NCBI GenBank assembly: GCA_002688315.1
Contig: NZCN01000010.1
Location: forward strand, 7,756 to 71,755
Length of the DNA: 64,000 nt
Direction of reading: 5' to 3'
From: Candidatus Woesearchaeota archaeon
Lineage (GTDB): Archaea; Nanobdellota; Nanobdellia; Woesearchaeales; UBA10216
Positions 19,397-29,110 of this stretch are shown here, piece after piece. Position 1 is the first letter of the stretch. Each line of letters begins with the position of its first letter. The position numbers and the translations under genes are program-made. The notes beneath the pieces were generated by a model, which was given only the letters and a program-made list of their open reading frames with translations, did no database searches and had not been told where the DNA came from.

Positions 19397-20287
19397 TTAT
19401 TCTGCTTTAACCTTCTGCCAGACGCTTACAAAGAAAGAGTAGTTTTCTGAAATCTTATCACGGGCTTGTTCTCTTGTCATAGTGCCAGCTGCATATTCAC
19501 TAAGCGCATCCTTGAATACAGTTCTTCCAACAGCAAAACCAACAGCATTATCCACTTTTGCGCCCATTCTCAGCCAATGCTCTGCTTTTTCTGCTGATTC
19601 TCCTCTTCCGAGTATTATTATGCCTGCTTCAGCATTTCCAGCTTTTACCTGGTCTCCAACTTTCTGCATCTTTTCAGTTGAATCAAGGCCTTCAAGCTTC
19701 CAAACATGAGGGTCAACTCCAGCATCCTGAATTTCCTTGATAGCTCTAACCATTAAATCAGGCCTTAGTTCCTGCTCATACTTATCCTTGTCATTGCCTG
19801 CCTGCTCCATCTGCCCGTCAGTAGCAGGAACAAGAAGCTCAAACAAGTATTTTTTCCCAATAGTCTTAAGATGATTACCTAGTTCAACAAGCCTTGCAGC
19901 CTGCCTTGCATTCATTTCTTTATCTTCTTCAGGATTATACCTAACAAGAACTTTAACATATGTAGGGTCTATTTCTTCTATTTGCTTTTTCCAGTCTTCC
20001 CTGTCAAAATCAAACTCATCCTGCCCGGATTTTTCAAGAGGAGTGCAAGTTATCAATCCTTTAGATTTAGCGTCTGTAAGAATTTCCTTTCCAAGCCATT
20101 CATCAACTAAAATGCCTGCTTTATCTTTTGGAACACCGCCTTCAATGGATTTTTGCAGTGCTTCATAAATTATTTTTTTATACTCTTTAGCTTTAGCAAC
20201 ATCCTCTTCAGTAGGAGGACTTGCAGCTGCAATTATCTTCATAAAACTGCCGCGATGGTCAAAAGGAAGAATGTAGAGTTCTGTCAT
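19397..20287 (-). CDS. Stand-alone DUF2090/IolC-C-terminal-like TIM-barrel aldolase
   Basis: LPFDHR, EKSGQ, KVLVRYNP, WKLEG, LGRG, GFAVGRT. Confidence 0.8.
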   Translation of the reverse strand: MTELYILPFDHRGSFMKIIAAASPPTEEDVAKAKEYKKIIYEALQKSIEGGVPKDKAGILVDEWLGKEILTDAKSKGLITCTPLEKSGQDEFDFDREDWKKQIEEIDPTYVKVLVRYNPEEDKEMNARQAARLVELGNHLKTIGKKYLFELLVPATDGQMEQAGNDKDKYEQELRPDLMVRAIKEIQDAGVDPHVWKLEGLDSTEKMQKVGDQVKAGNAEAGIIILGRGESAEKAEHWLRMGAKVDNAVGFAVGRTVFKDALSEYAAGTMTREQARDKISENYSFFVSVWQKVKAE

Positions 20288-20409
20288 AAATAAGCAGAAA
20301 AATTTGAAATTTAAAAAGTTTGTTGTTGGGAAGAATATTACAAAATATTTTTTAATAATGATAAAAAATCATAATAGTGTTTATAAACAAAAGCATATAC
20401 GTGGTTTAT

Positions 20410-20667
20410 ATGTCAAAGAAGTTTTTGCTTGAACATGACAGGGCTGAGTGCATTGGATGTGGAGCTTGCGCTGCTGTCTGCCCTTTGTTTTGGGAAATGA
20501 ATGACGACGGAAAGTCAGACATTAAAGGCGGGAAAAACAGAGATGATGGATGGCAGGAACTTGAAATAGATGAAAAAGATTTTGAAGCAAATAAGCAGGC
20601 TGCTGAAAGCTGCCCTGTTAATGTAATACATCTTAAGAAAAAAGACAGCAATGAAAAGATTATTTAG
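20410..20667 (+). CDS. Single-cluster ferredoxin
   Basis: CIGCGAC..CP and CPV. Confidence 0.9.
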   Translation: MSKKFLLEHDRAECIGCGACAAVCPLFWEMNDDGKSDIKGGKNRDDGWQELEIDEKDFEANKQAAESCPVNVIHLKKKDSNEKII

Positions 20668-20670
20668 AAA

Positions 20671-21486
20671 ATGTTACGTTTTGGAACAGCGGGAATACCG
20701 CACAGTGCTAAAGGCCTTGGGACAGTAGAAGGAATTTCTGAAGTGCGCAAACTTGGCTTGGAAGCGTTTGAATTAGAATTTGTTCACAGTGTTAACATTT
20801 CAGAAGAAGGAACAGTTAAAGTAAGTGAAGTTGCTAAAAAGAATGATGTGGTTTTAACCTGCCATGGACAGTACTACATAAACCTTAATGCAGCTGAAGA
20901 AAAAAAGTATGAAGCAAGCAAGCAAAGAGTGCTAAGAGCTGCACACATAGCAAATTTATGCGGAGCAGTTAGTGTTACTTTCCATCCGGGGTTTTACCTA
21001 AAATCAAGCAAGGAATATGCTTACAGAAAAGTAAAAGAAGCGCTAAAAGAAATTGTTGATAAGCTTAAGCAAGAAAACAACAAGATATGGGTAAGACCAG
21101 AAACAACTGGAAAACACTCCCAGTTTGGAAACTTGAAAGAAATTCTGCAGCTTTCACAAGAACTTGAACAAGTACAACCGTGCATTGATTATGCGCATAT
21201 GAGAGCGCGTGAAGGTAAGAACAGCAAACAAGAATTTGCATCTATAATTGAAGAGATTGAGAAAGCGCTTGGAAGAAAAGCACTTGACAACATGCACATA
21301 CAATTTGCAGGGGTTAACTTCAGCGAGAAAGGCGAGCTAAACCACCTTACGTTGAAAGATTCGGACTTGAAATATGAAGAAATGGTTGAAACATGGAAAG
21401 ATTTCAACATAAAAGGAGTTGCTATAAGTGAAAGCCCTAACATAGAGGAAGATGCGTTATTTCTAAAGGAGATTTATGAAAAATGA
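20671..21486 (+). CDS. nfo: Endonuclease IV family AP endonuclease
   Basis: H..YYINL, FHPG, ETTGK, DYAH, ISESP. Confidence 0.88.
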   Translation: MLRFGTAGIPHSAKGLGTVEGISEVRKLGLEAFELEFVHSVNISEEGTVKVSEVAKKNDVVLTCHGQYYINLNAAEEKKYEASKQRVLRAAHIANLCGAVSVTFHPGFYLKSSKEYAYRKVKEALKEIVDKLKQENNKIWVRPETTGKHSQFGNLKEILQLSQELEQVQPCIDYAHMRAREGKNSKQEFASIIEEIEKALGRKALDNMHIQFAGVNFSEKGELNHLTLKDSDLKYEEMVETWKDFNIKGVAISESPNIEEDALFLKEIYEK

Positions 21487-23699
21487 AATATGTAAAACCG
21501 ATTACAAGTCTATACGAGCACATAGTTAGCCTTGCTCAGAACAATCCTGAATCCATTGCATTGATAGGATGCGATGAGGAAGGCAAAGCAGAGCAACAAA
21601 TTAATTACGAGCAATTAAAGGAAAAGATTGGGCAAGCAGGCTCATGGCTAATTAAGCTTGGCTTAAAAGAAGGGGATGTGTTAGGACTGGCTATGTCTAA
21701 CTCTGTTGAACTTCTTATTGTCAGTTGGGCAGCGTGGAGCTTAGGAATAATAACAACTCCACTTGATTTGAAAAGAGATACTTTAGAACAGCACCAGTAC
21801 AAGCTGGAAATTTCAAAGGCAAAGTTACTTGCTGCTGGAAAAGGCATTGACAAAGAAAGCTTTAAAGTAAAAGTGGTTGAATTTGAACCTGAAGAATCTG
21901 GAAGTGTTGAGTGGAAAAAAGACATCTCTCATCAAGCACTTATACTTTTTACATCAGGAACTACTTCTAAACCAAAAGGAGCGCAGTTAAGCCTGGAAAA
22001 TTTAATTGCGAATGCTGACTGCATAAAGGACTGGTTTAAAATAACAGGTTCTGACAGGTTTTTGGTTAACCTTCCTTTGCATCACATAAACTCAACAAGT
22101 TTTTGCCTCGCTACATTGCTTGCAGAAGCCAGTATTGCAATACCGCCAAAATATTCCAATTCAAAATTTTGGCAACAGCTTGCAATGACTGAAGCTACAT
22201 TTACTTCAATAGTTCCCACTATTTGTTTCGACCAGCTTGATCGAGAAAAAGAATTTGAAAAGTTCAAGGATAAGCTTAATCTAAACAGAATTCAGGTAGG
22301 ATCAGCGCCTGTAGTGGTTAGTGATGTCAAAAAATTCATGCAGAAGTTTGGAATTCCTCTTTATCAGGGTTATGGGCAGACAGAAACTGCTTTGAGAGTG
22401 ACAGGAGTTCCTTTGGATTTAGACAAGAAAACATATGAGGAATTGGTTGACAGTAATTGTATTGGAAAAGCAATGAAATTTGCAGAAATTGAAATAATGG
22501 GTAATGATGGTAAAAGTTTAGATGAAGGTGAGGAAGGAGAACTGGTTATCAAAGGGCCTATAGTGATGAAAGGGTATCTGGGAAATATTGAAGCTTTTAG
22601 AAACGATTATTTTCTCACTGGAGACATTGGATATTATAAGATGATTAACGACGAGAAATATTATTTCCTTAAAGGCCGCTCTAAAGAAATAATAATCAAA
22701 GGCGGCATTAACATTTCACCAGTTGCTGTTGAGGATAAAGTGAAACAGCTTAACAAGAATATTCAGCAAGTATTTGTTGTTGGTGTTCCAGAAAGAAGGT
22801 ATGGAGAGGAGGTTGCGGCGGTAGTATGCCTGAAGGAAGGTGGAACTTTGACTGCGATAAAAAATGATATTATTCACACTAAAACGTTGTCAGAATATGA
22901 AAAGCCCAGGTATATTGTGGCAATGGACGCAGATAAAATCCCACTAACTTCAACAGGTAAAGTGCAACGATCAGTGCTTAAGAAAATGGATTTGCGCTAC
23001 GAGCCTATATATTGGCTTGGCTCAAGTAAAGAACATGTATTTATCATATTATCTAGCTACCAAACATACTTTGTTAAACAAGCGCTGGATCTATACAACT
23101 ACTGCTGGGATCCTTTAGTAATAAGTATGCCACTCTTCAGAAAGCATGTAGATAACGGTGTTGTAATAGCGGCCGTAGACAGAACCGATAAAGTTTGCGG
23201 TTTGATAACGTTCTTAAGAACACATCTAACTGAAGAACAGCTTTCGGAGGTTACTTATGATGATTTAACTGGAAAGCAGACATTAGAAACGAACGATAGT
23301 GAAGGAAAAGTGATTGTTTGTACGTCCATCTGCAGCGATAATTACAAATCAGAACCTGTTCCTGAAGCTGGTAATGCTGAAATAGATAAAGCGAAAGAAT
23401 ATCTTGAACAAGATCCTGTTTACAAATTCCACGAAAAAGCAAAAGGTGGAATGAAGGAAGGAGCTAAGCTAATTAAACTGCTACCTGGTGCCAGACCAGA
23501 AGATAAAAGAGCTGCTGGCTACAACATGCTAATGAAATATCCTGAAATAAAAGATGATGTGAAGGTAAATTTTAGCGGCAGTAGTAGTGTTGCTACTCAA
23601 TTGATAGAAGCTGTTATGATGTTTTCTCAGCAATTGAGTATAAAAGATGTTTATGTTTTCTCAAGGCCTATCGAAATGGCAAAACATTTCAGTAAATAA
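21483..23699 (+). CDS. AMP-forming acyl-CoA ligase fused to a GNAT-like C-terminal domain
   Basis: FTSGTTSKPKG, GYGQTE, TGD, GRSKE.IIKGG, TSTGK; about 230-aa extension. Confidence 0.85.
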   Translation: MKYVKPITSLYEHIVSLAQNNPESIALIGCDEEGKAEQQINYEQLKEKIGQAGSWLIKLGLKEGDVLGLAMSNSVELLIVSWAAWSLGIITTPLDLKRDTLEQHQYKLEISKAKLLAAGKGIDKESFKVKVVEFEPEESGSVEWKKDISHQALILFTSGTTSKPKGAQLSLENLIANADCIKDWFKITGSDRFLVNLPLHHINSTSFCLATLLAEASIAIPPKYSNSKFWQQLAMTEATFTSIVPTICFDQLDREKEFEKFKDKLNLNRIQVGSAPVVVSDVKKFMQKFGIPLYQGYGQTETALRVTGVPLDLDKKTYEELVDSNCIGKAMKFAEIEIMGNDGKSLDEGEEGELVIKGPIVMKGYLGNIEAFRNDYFLTGDIGYYKMINDEKYYFLKGRSKEIIIKGGINISPVAVEDKVKQLNKNIQQVFVVGVPERRYGEEVAAVVCLKEGGTLTAIKNDIIHTKTLSEYEKPRYIVAMDADKIPLTSTGKVQRSVLKKMDLRYEPIYWLGSSKEHVFIILSSYQTYFVKQALDLYNYCWDPLVISMPLFRKHVDNGVVIAAVDRTDKVCGLITFLRTHLTEEQLSEVTYDDLTGKQTLETNDSEGKVIVCTSICSDNYKSEPVPEAGNAEIDKAKEYLEQDPVYKFHEKAKGGMKEGAKLIKLLPGARPEDKRAAGYNMLMKYPEIKDDVKVNFSGSSSVATQLIEAVMMFSQQLSIKDVYVFSRPIEMAKHFSK

Positions 23700-23782
23700 T
23701 CAAAAGTTTTATTGACAATTAGGAAAGAATCTATGAATCCTATATTTTTCACAAGCAAAATGTTTAAATACTTGATAGTCCA

Positions 23783-26713
23783 ATGAAACACAAGATATTG
23801 GGTTCTAGAGGGAGAGAAGCCACAACCGGTTGTATTGACTCAAAGGTGAAGAAAATAGTAGGTAAACAGAAAAATGAAGTGAGAAAGATAATAAAAAGAG
23901 ATGGTTCTATAGTTGATTTTTATCATGAAAAGATAACAAATGCTATCTTCAAAGCAGCTGCCTTTGTCGGAGGAGATGACAGAAAAACTGCTGAAAAACT
24001 TTCTAAAAAGGTCGTAGACATAATCGACAAGCGTTTCACTGAGAAAATTCCTAGTGTTGAAGATGTTCAGAACGTAGTTGAAGAGGTTTTAATAAAGGAT
24101 GGGCATGCTAAAACTGCAAAAGCATTCATTCTACACAGGGCAAAGCGCGCTGAGTTAAGAGCTGCAGCAGCAGAATCAGCCAAAAGCAAGGACGATGAGA
24201 AGACAGCGCTTCTTCACATGTTCGCACACAAGAGCAAGCTTGCTTCATTGATAGGCTATGACCGCCTTGAGGCATATAAAAAACTGCTTTTCCATATTAA
24301 AACGCTTCAGAAGTCAGGAAAGCTTCCTGTGAACAAAAACTATCTTAACAGCAATGAGCTGGCACTAAATATTTACGAAAAAAAGTATTATCTAAAAGAC
24401 TTAAATAATGACAGAATTGAAAAGAAGCCTGAAGATGTTTTTGCCAGGCTTGCAAGTTTTATAGCCGCTGTAGAAACAGACGAAGAAAAACAAAGAGAGT
24501 GGGCTGAAAAATACTATTTAAGCTTATACAACGGGCAATTTTTGCCTGGCGGAAGAGTAATAGCTGGCGGCGGTGATTTGTACAGGCTAAAAACAATGGC
24601 TAATTGCTTTGTTTCAAGAATAGATGAAGATAACATAGAATCTATTTACAAATCTGCTTATGAATGCGCAAGAACATACTCTTACGGAGGAGGAATAGGA
24701 GTTGATATTTCTGTTTTGAGACCAAAAGATTCAATCGTCCACAATGCTGCAGATGCTTCAACAGGCTCGGTTTCTTTTATGGAGATATTTTCCCTTACAA
24801 CAGGATTAATAGGCCAGTCAGGAAGAAGGGGAGCATTAATGCTAACAATTGACATAAAACATCCTGATAGCCCGCTGTTTATCAATGTCAAAAATATTCC
24901 AAACTGGGTTACAAACCAAATTGTGGAGCAATGCAAATGGACAGGCGACTTTACAGAAGACCAACTTAAAGTAATCCAGCAGCAAGTTCGGGAAAACACA
25001 CAGGTTAGATTTGCAAACATAAGCATCAAAGTTTCAGATGAATTCATGCAGGCTGTTGAAGAGCAGAATAATCACCAGGGTAAAATTTTGGTTTACAGAA
25101 AAGACCGAGAAGTTTCTGGTTTAGGAATTGCCCAAGCAGGCTCTATCCATTATTCATACGGAATACCTTCAAAGCCAATTGAACGCTATCAATTACTTGA
25201 AAAGTTTGACAATATTGATAAGCTTAACTCTTTCCTTGAGAAGAATGATGCTGGAAAAATAACCGAAGAGGAGCTTTCTGACGCTAATTCAAGAGATATG
25301 TTTGGAGACTTGATTGTAAAGAGCCAAGTTAGCGAGTATGATTTTGCAATAAAGAAAGCTGGGGATTTTATGCTGTACTTTAATTCTCCTCAAACTGCAG
25401 AAATAAAGAGGCTTGTGAAGGCAAGAGAAATTTGGAATTCGTTTGTTGAAGGCAATTACAAAACAGCTGAGCCTGGATTGATCTTCTGGAGCACAATGAC
25501 AAAATATTCGCCATCGAATTATGTTGGCATGCCTATTCTGAGCACTAACCCGTGCGGAGAAGTGCCTCTTGAGGATGGCGGAGCATGTAATTTAGCATCA
25601 CTAAACCTCTCGAGATTTGTTGTAGACGGCTACACTAAGGAAGCTAAGATTGACTGGATTGCGTTAAGAGAAGCTACGACATCAGTTATAAGATTCTTAG
25701 ATAATGTTGTCATATGGAATGAGCTTCTCAATCCACTGGAAAAGCAAAGAAAAGCTGCAATGGAAAGCAGACGTCTTGGCTTAGGTGTTATGGGAATAGC
25801 AGATATGCTAAACCAGCTTGGATTAGGTTATGACAGTGATAAAGGTATTGAAATCCTTGAAGAAGTTGGAAGAGTAATTGCTAACACGGCTTACATGGCT
25901 TCTGCTGGGATTGCTGAGGAAAAAGGCCCGTCAACCATATTTGATTATGAAGCATACAGCAAAGGAGCTTTCTTTATGGAAGCTTTAGATGCAGATACTA
26001 GATCAACAATAAGAAGTAAGGGACTAAGAAACATAGCAATACTTTCAATAGCTCCGACAGGAACAATTTCCAGCATTGTTTTAGGCTATAACATAGGAGA
26101 AAAGAATTTCATTGGAGTAAGCGGCGGTATAGAACCAATATTTGCGCTTTATTATACAAGACGCTCTGAATCATTTGGAAATAAACTGTTTAGAATTTTC
26201 CATTCAACTGTTAATGCGTACTTACAACAAACAGGCCTCGCAGAAAAAGCACAAAAATGCAAAACAACTGAAGAGCTTGAAGCAGTTCTTCCAAAACATT
26301 TCTTTAGAACAGCCCACGTAATAGATCATGAAAAACGAGTTAAGATACAAGGGTTATGGCAAAAATACATCGACCACAGCATTTCCTCAACAATAAACCT
26401 TCCAGAAGACGTACAGCCTGAAGTAATATCAAATGTGTATTTGGATGCATGGAAGAATGGAGTTAAGGGCGTAACAATCTACCGCGCTGGTTCCCGCTAT
26501 CCAATCCTAAGCTCTGAAACTGAAAAAACAGAATTCCAAAGATACAAAGATAAGACATTTGAAACAACCATTGATGATAAAAAAGTCCAGGTTAAAGGCG
26601 GGGATGTTATTACACTCCCTGACGGAAAGCTTACAACAGTCTATCACGCAATGAAAGAAAAAAAGATAGTTGTGAAAAGAGAACTAGAAAAAACAATTGA
26701 AAAACAGAGGTGA
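23783..26713 (+). CDS. nrdJ: Class II (adenosylcobalamin) ribonucleotide reductase with ATP cone; true start probably a downstream GTG
   Basis: IIKRDG ATP cone, ANCF, TNPCGE, ACNL, IAPTGT, SISST, KGVTIYR; no terminal Cys. Confidence 0.93.
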   Translation: MKHKILGSRGREATTGCIDSKVKKIVGKQKNEVRKIIKRDGSIVDFYHEKITNAIFKAAAFVGGDDRKTAEKLSKKVVDIIDKRFTEKIPSVEDVQNVVEEVLIKDGHAKTAKAFILHRAKRAELRAAAAESAKSKDDEKTALLHMFAHKSKLASLIGYDRLEAYKKLLFHIKTLQKSGKLPVNKNYLNSNELALNIYEKKYYLKDLNNDRIEKKPEDVFARLASFIAAVETDEEKQREWAEKYYLSLYNGQFLPGGRVIAGGGDLYRLKTMANCFVSRIDEDNIESIYKSAYECARTYSYGGGIGVDISVLRPKDSIVHNAADASTGSVSFMEIFSLTTGLIGQSGRRGALMLTIDIKHPDSPLFINVKNIPNWVTNQIVEQCKWTGDFTEDQLKVIQQQVRENTQVRFANISIKVSDEFMQAVEEQNNHQGKILVYRKDREVSGLGIAQAGSIHYSYGIPSKPIERYQLLEKFDNIDKLNSFLEKNDAGKITEEELSDANSRDMFGDLIVKSQVSEYDFAIKKAGDFMLYFNSPQTAEIKRLVKAREIWNSFVEGNYKTAEPGLIFWSTMTKYSPSNYVGMPILSTNPCGEVPLEDGGACNLASLNLSRFVVDGYTKEAKIDWIALREATTSVIRFLDNVVIWNELLNPLEKQRKAAMESRRLGLGVMGIADMLNQLGLGYDSDKGIEILEEVGRVIANTAYMASAGIAEEKGPSTIFDYEAYSKGAFFMEALDADTRSTIRSKGLRNIAILSIAPTGTISSIVLGYNIGEKNFIGVSGGIEPIFALYYTRRSESFGNKLFRIFHSTVNAYLQQTGLAEKAQKCKTTEELEAVLPKHFFRTAHVIDHEKRVKIQGLWQKYIDHSISSTINLPEDVQPEVISNVYLDAWKNGVKGVTIYRAGSRYPILSSETEKTEFQRYKDKTFETTIDDKKVQVKGGDVITLPDGKLTTVYHAMKEKKIVVKRELEKTIEKQR
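23788..23835. promoter_or_regulatory. Tandem NrdR boxes
   Basis: ACACAAGATATTGGGT (23788) and CCACAACCGGTTGTAT (23820), 32 bp apart, after TTTAAATA (23763). Confidence 0.7.
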
Positions 26714-26717
26714 GTAG

Positions 26718-26852
26718 ATGACTGAAGATATTATGGCAGAAAATATGCAGTTAGTGCAGTGCCCTTCATGCAGCCAGAACACACTTAAGATGGATAACGG
26801 ATGCCATTCCTGCTTAAATGAAGAATGCGGATTTAGTAAATGTGATGTATAA
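26718..26852 (+). CDS. 44-aa Zn-ribbon microprotein resembling the NrdJ C-terminal tail
   Basis: MTEDIMAENMQLVQCPSCSQNTLKMDNGCHSCLNEECGFSKCDV; GAGGTGA SD; TAATG overlap with pduO. Confidence 0.85.
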   Translation: MTEDIMAENMQLVQCPSCSQNTLKMDNGCHSCLNEECGFSKCDV

Positions 26853-27385
26853 TGAGATGCTATACAAGAATAGGGGATAAAAGAAAAACACACCTTTTCG
26901 GGTGTAAATTATACAAGTACAGTGAGCGAGTTGAAGCTATAGGAACAATTGACGAGCTAAATGCTTTCCTTGGAGCAGCTGCCTCATTTTCACCACACAA
27001 AATTTCCAAAAAAATAATCCATGAGATAGAAAATAATCTTTTCAGCATAGGAGCAGAACTTGCCATACCAAAATCAGTTAAGATAAAAGCAAAACATGTA
27101 GAACGGCTGGAAGTGCTTGTTGAAAAAATTGATGAGAAGCTTCCTCAACAAACCAAATTTGTAATACCCGCAGGAACTCAGGCTGCCATGATGCTGAATG
27201 TTGCAAGAACTGTAGCAAGACGCGCTGAACGTGCAATGGTCAAGCTCAGCAGCACAAGCAAAGTAAATCCTGAAATGCTGAAATATATGAATCGGTTATC
27301 TTCATTGCTTTACGTTTTATTGAGATTTGAAAATTATAAGAATAACATTGTAGAAAAAAATCCAGTTTACAACCAGATAAGATGA
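26852..27385 (+). CDS. pduO: PduO-type cob(I)alamin adenosyltransferase
   Basis: YTRIGD, GTIDELNA, RTVARRAER, YMNRLS. Confidence 0.9.
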   Translation: MRCYTRIGDKRKTHLFGCKLYKYSERVEAIGTIDELNAFLGAAASFSPHKISKKIIHEIENNLFSIGAELAIPKSVKIKAKHVERLEVLVEKIDEKLPQQTKFVIPAGTQAAMMLNVARTVARRAERAMVKLSSTSKVNPEMLKYMNRLSSLLYVLLRFENYKNNIVEKNPVYNQIR

Positions 27386-27834
27386 AATGCGCCTATTGCG
27401 AGTCAAGAGAAACAAAAGTAATGGATAAGCGAGAGCCTCAAGATGCTTCTGTGACAAGACGCAGGCGCGAGTGCCTACGCTGCAAGAAACGATTTACTAC
27501 ATATGAAAGAGTTGAAGAGTTTGAGCTAACTATTGTGAAAAAAAATGAAGCTCGCGAACAATTTAACCGGGAAAAGCTGAAAAGCGGTGTTGTGAAAGCC
27601 TGTGAAAAACTTCCTATTTCTGTTGAAGAAGTCGATACAGTAATTGATTCAATTGAAGCCGAATTACGCAGACTTAATGAAAAAGAAGTTTCCAGCAAGC
27701 AAATTGGCTCTTTAGTAATGAAAAAACTGAAAAAACTCAATAAGATTGCGTACATAAGATTCGCAGCAGTCTACCACGAGTTTGAAGACATAGAAAGCTT
27801 TGAAAAAGAGATAAAAAAGCTGGTGAAGAGGTAA
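27382..27834 (+). CDS. nrdR: Transcriptional repressor NrdR
   Basis: CAYC, RRRRECLRC..RFTTYE, AYIRFAAVY. Confidence 0.95.
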   Translation: MKCAYCESRETKVMDKREPQDASVTRRRRECLRCKKRFTTYERVEEFELTIVKKNEAREQFNREKLKSGVVKACEKLPISVEEVDTVIDSIEAELRRLNEKEVSSKQIGSLVMKKLKKLNKIAYIRFAAVYHEFEDIESFEKEIKKLVKR

Positions 27835-27837
27835 ATA

Positions 27838-27975
27838 GTGAAGCTAAGTAAAAAAATCATGATAGGCGCAATCATGATAGGCGCAATTATTATTATTTTT
27901 CTTGCAATAGTAGTATGGCTGGCAGTTACTGGTTCTTGGCCTGTGCCTAAAGCCAATTACCCACCGATACGTTAA
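27838..27975 (+). CDS. 45-aa single-TM microprotein
   Basis: GTG start after GAGGT; MKLSKKIMIGAIMIGAIIIIFLAIVVWLAVTGSWPVPKANYPPIR. Confidence 0.55.
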   Translation: MKLSKKIMIGAIMIGAIIIIFLAIVVWLAVTGSWPVPKANYPPIR

Positions 27976-28039
27976 ACTCATTTTAATAGAAGTTATAACC
28001 GCAACAAACTTTAAAAACTCCTCCAAAATTCTTTCTTTT

Positions 28040-28465
28040 ATGAAAGTAAAGATAAAAAGACTTGACAAAAGCATCCCCCTGCCTATTTACCAAACAAAAG
28101 GTAGTGTTGGGTTTGACATTTCTGCAAGGGAAGATACCATAGTACCGCCAAAAAGCGTTGGAATTATTCCAGGCAACATAATTGTTGAGACGCCTCCTGG
28201 ATACATGCTTCTGCTTGCTCTTCGCAGCTCTACTCCAAGAAAAAAAGGGCTGCACAAACCGCACGGCATAGGTGTTATTGACAATGATTACCGTGGAGAA
28301 AAAGATGAAATAGGAATACAGGTTTTTAACAGCACAGACAGCGAAGTGAAAGTAGAAAAAGGAGAAAGAATCGGCCAAGGGATATTTGTTAAGGTAGATA
28401 AGTTTGAATGGGATGAAGTAGAGCAAATGGGAGAAAGCAGAGGCGGGTTTGGAAGCACTGGTTAA
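28040..28465 (+). CDS. dut: Trimeric dUTPase
   Basis: GFDI, RSS, GVIDNDYRG, RIGQ, RGGFGSTG. Confidence 0.95.
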   Translation: MKVKIKRLDKSIPLPIYQTKGSVGFDISAREDTIVPPKSVGIIPGNIIVETPPGYMLLLALRSSTPRKKGLHKPHGIGVIDNDYRGEKDEIGIQVFNSTDSEVKVEKGERIGQGIFVKVDKFEWDEVEQMGESRGGFGSTG

Positions 28466-28839
28466 GGCTCGATGCGTTTTATTTCTAAGTTGTTAAAATC
28501 TTTGTCGTAAGAAACGAATTCTGAACAATTGTTAATGATTGCTGCTACGTAATGAATTAAATCAAAAGTGTTAAGACTTTTTTTGATGGGTGCTTTAAAA
28601 CTCATGTAAAGTAAGTTTTGATCAAGTTGAACAATGGAACTGTTCAACTTAAACAAAGATTTGATACAGTTAGAGGCATGTTCCTGGTTTTTATTTATTC
28701 TAGAAATAGCTTCATGCGCTTCCACTAAGCATAAAGTATCTGTTGTAAATTCATCGTACAGTAAAGATCTGCACTTATCTTTATCTTCATTGTCAATGAA
28801 TGCCTTTATAATGACGTTCGCGTCAACAAAAACACTCAT
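28462..28839 (-). CDS. PIN-domain (VapC) toxin
   Basis: VFVDANV, E, FDLIH, SYDKDF. Confidence 0.88.
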   Translation of the reverse strand: MSVFVDANVIIKAFIDNEDKDKCRSLLYDEFTTDTLCLVEAHEAISRINKNQEHASNCIKSLFKLNSSIVQLDQNLLYMSFKAPIKKSLNTFDLIHYVAAIINNCSEFVSYDKDFNNLEIKRIEP

Positions 28840-29072
28840 CTTTTACCTCTCAGAGAATGACTAAGTTTTATAACTTCATTAGTAGTATACTTTCTTTTTT
28901 GAGGCATCTTATCACAAATTCTAAACATTTCTTCCATAGAAGGCCCGTCCTCATATTCGATCAGTCTCTTGACAACAGACTCATAGCTCTCTCTAGAGTT
29001 TAGCTTCCTATTTTCCAAGGCTCTCTTTGTGTCCTCGTGCATTTGAATGCTTGTAAGTTTCATTTTTTTCAT
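28836..29072 (-). CDS. Putative antitoxin (ribbon-helix-helix-like)
   Basis: TSIQM...TK..L...ESYESVVKRLI; overlaps PIN start. Confidence 0.75.
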   Translation of the reverse strand: MKKMKLTSIQMHEDTKRALENRKLNSRESYESVVKRLIEYEDGPSMEEMFRICDKMPQKRKYTTNEVIKLSHSLRGKR

Positions 29073-29076
29073 GTTG

Positions 29077-29094
29077 TCTATAGATATCTATAGA
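29077..29094. promoter_or_regulatory. Perfect 18-bp palindrome, probable TA operator
   Basis: TCTATAGATATCTATAGA just upstream of the antitoxin start. Confidence 0.55.
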
Positions 29095-29110
29095 TATATA
29101 AAGTTATTGA

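Noticed and set aside
25050..25410. Insertion in NrdJ as a mini-intein
   Set aside because: No intein terminal motifs; treated as an ordinary insertion.
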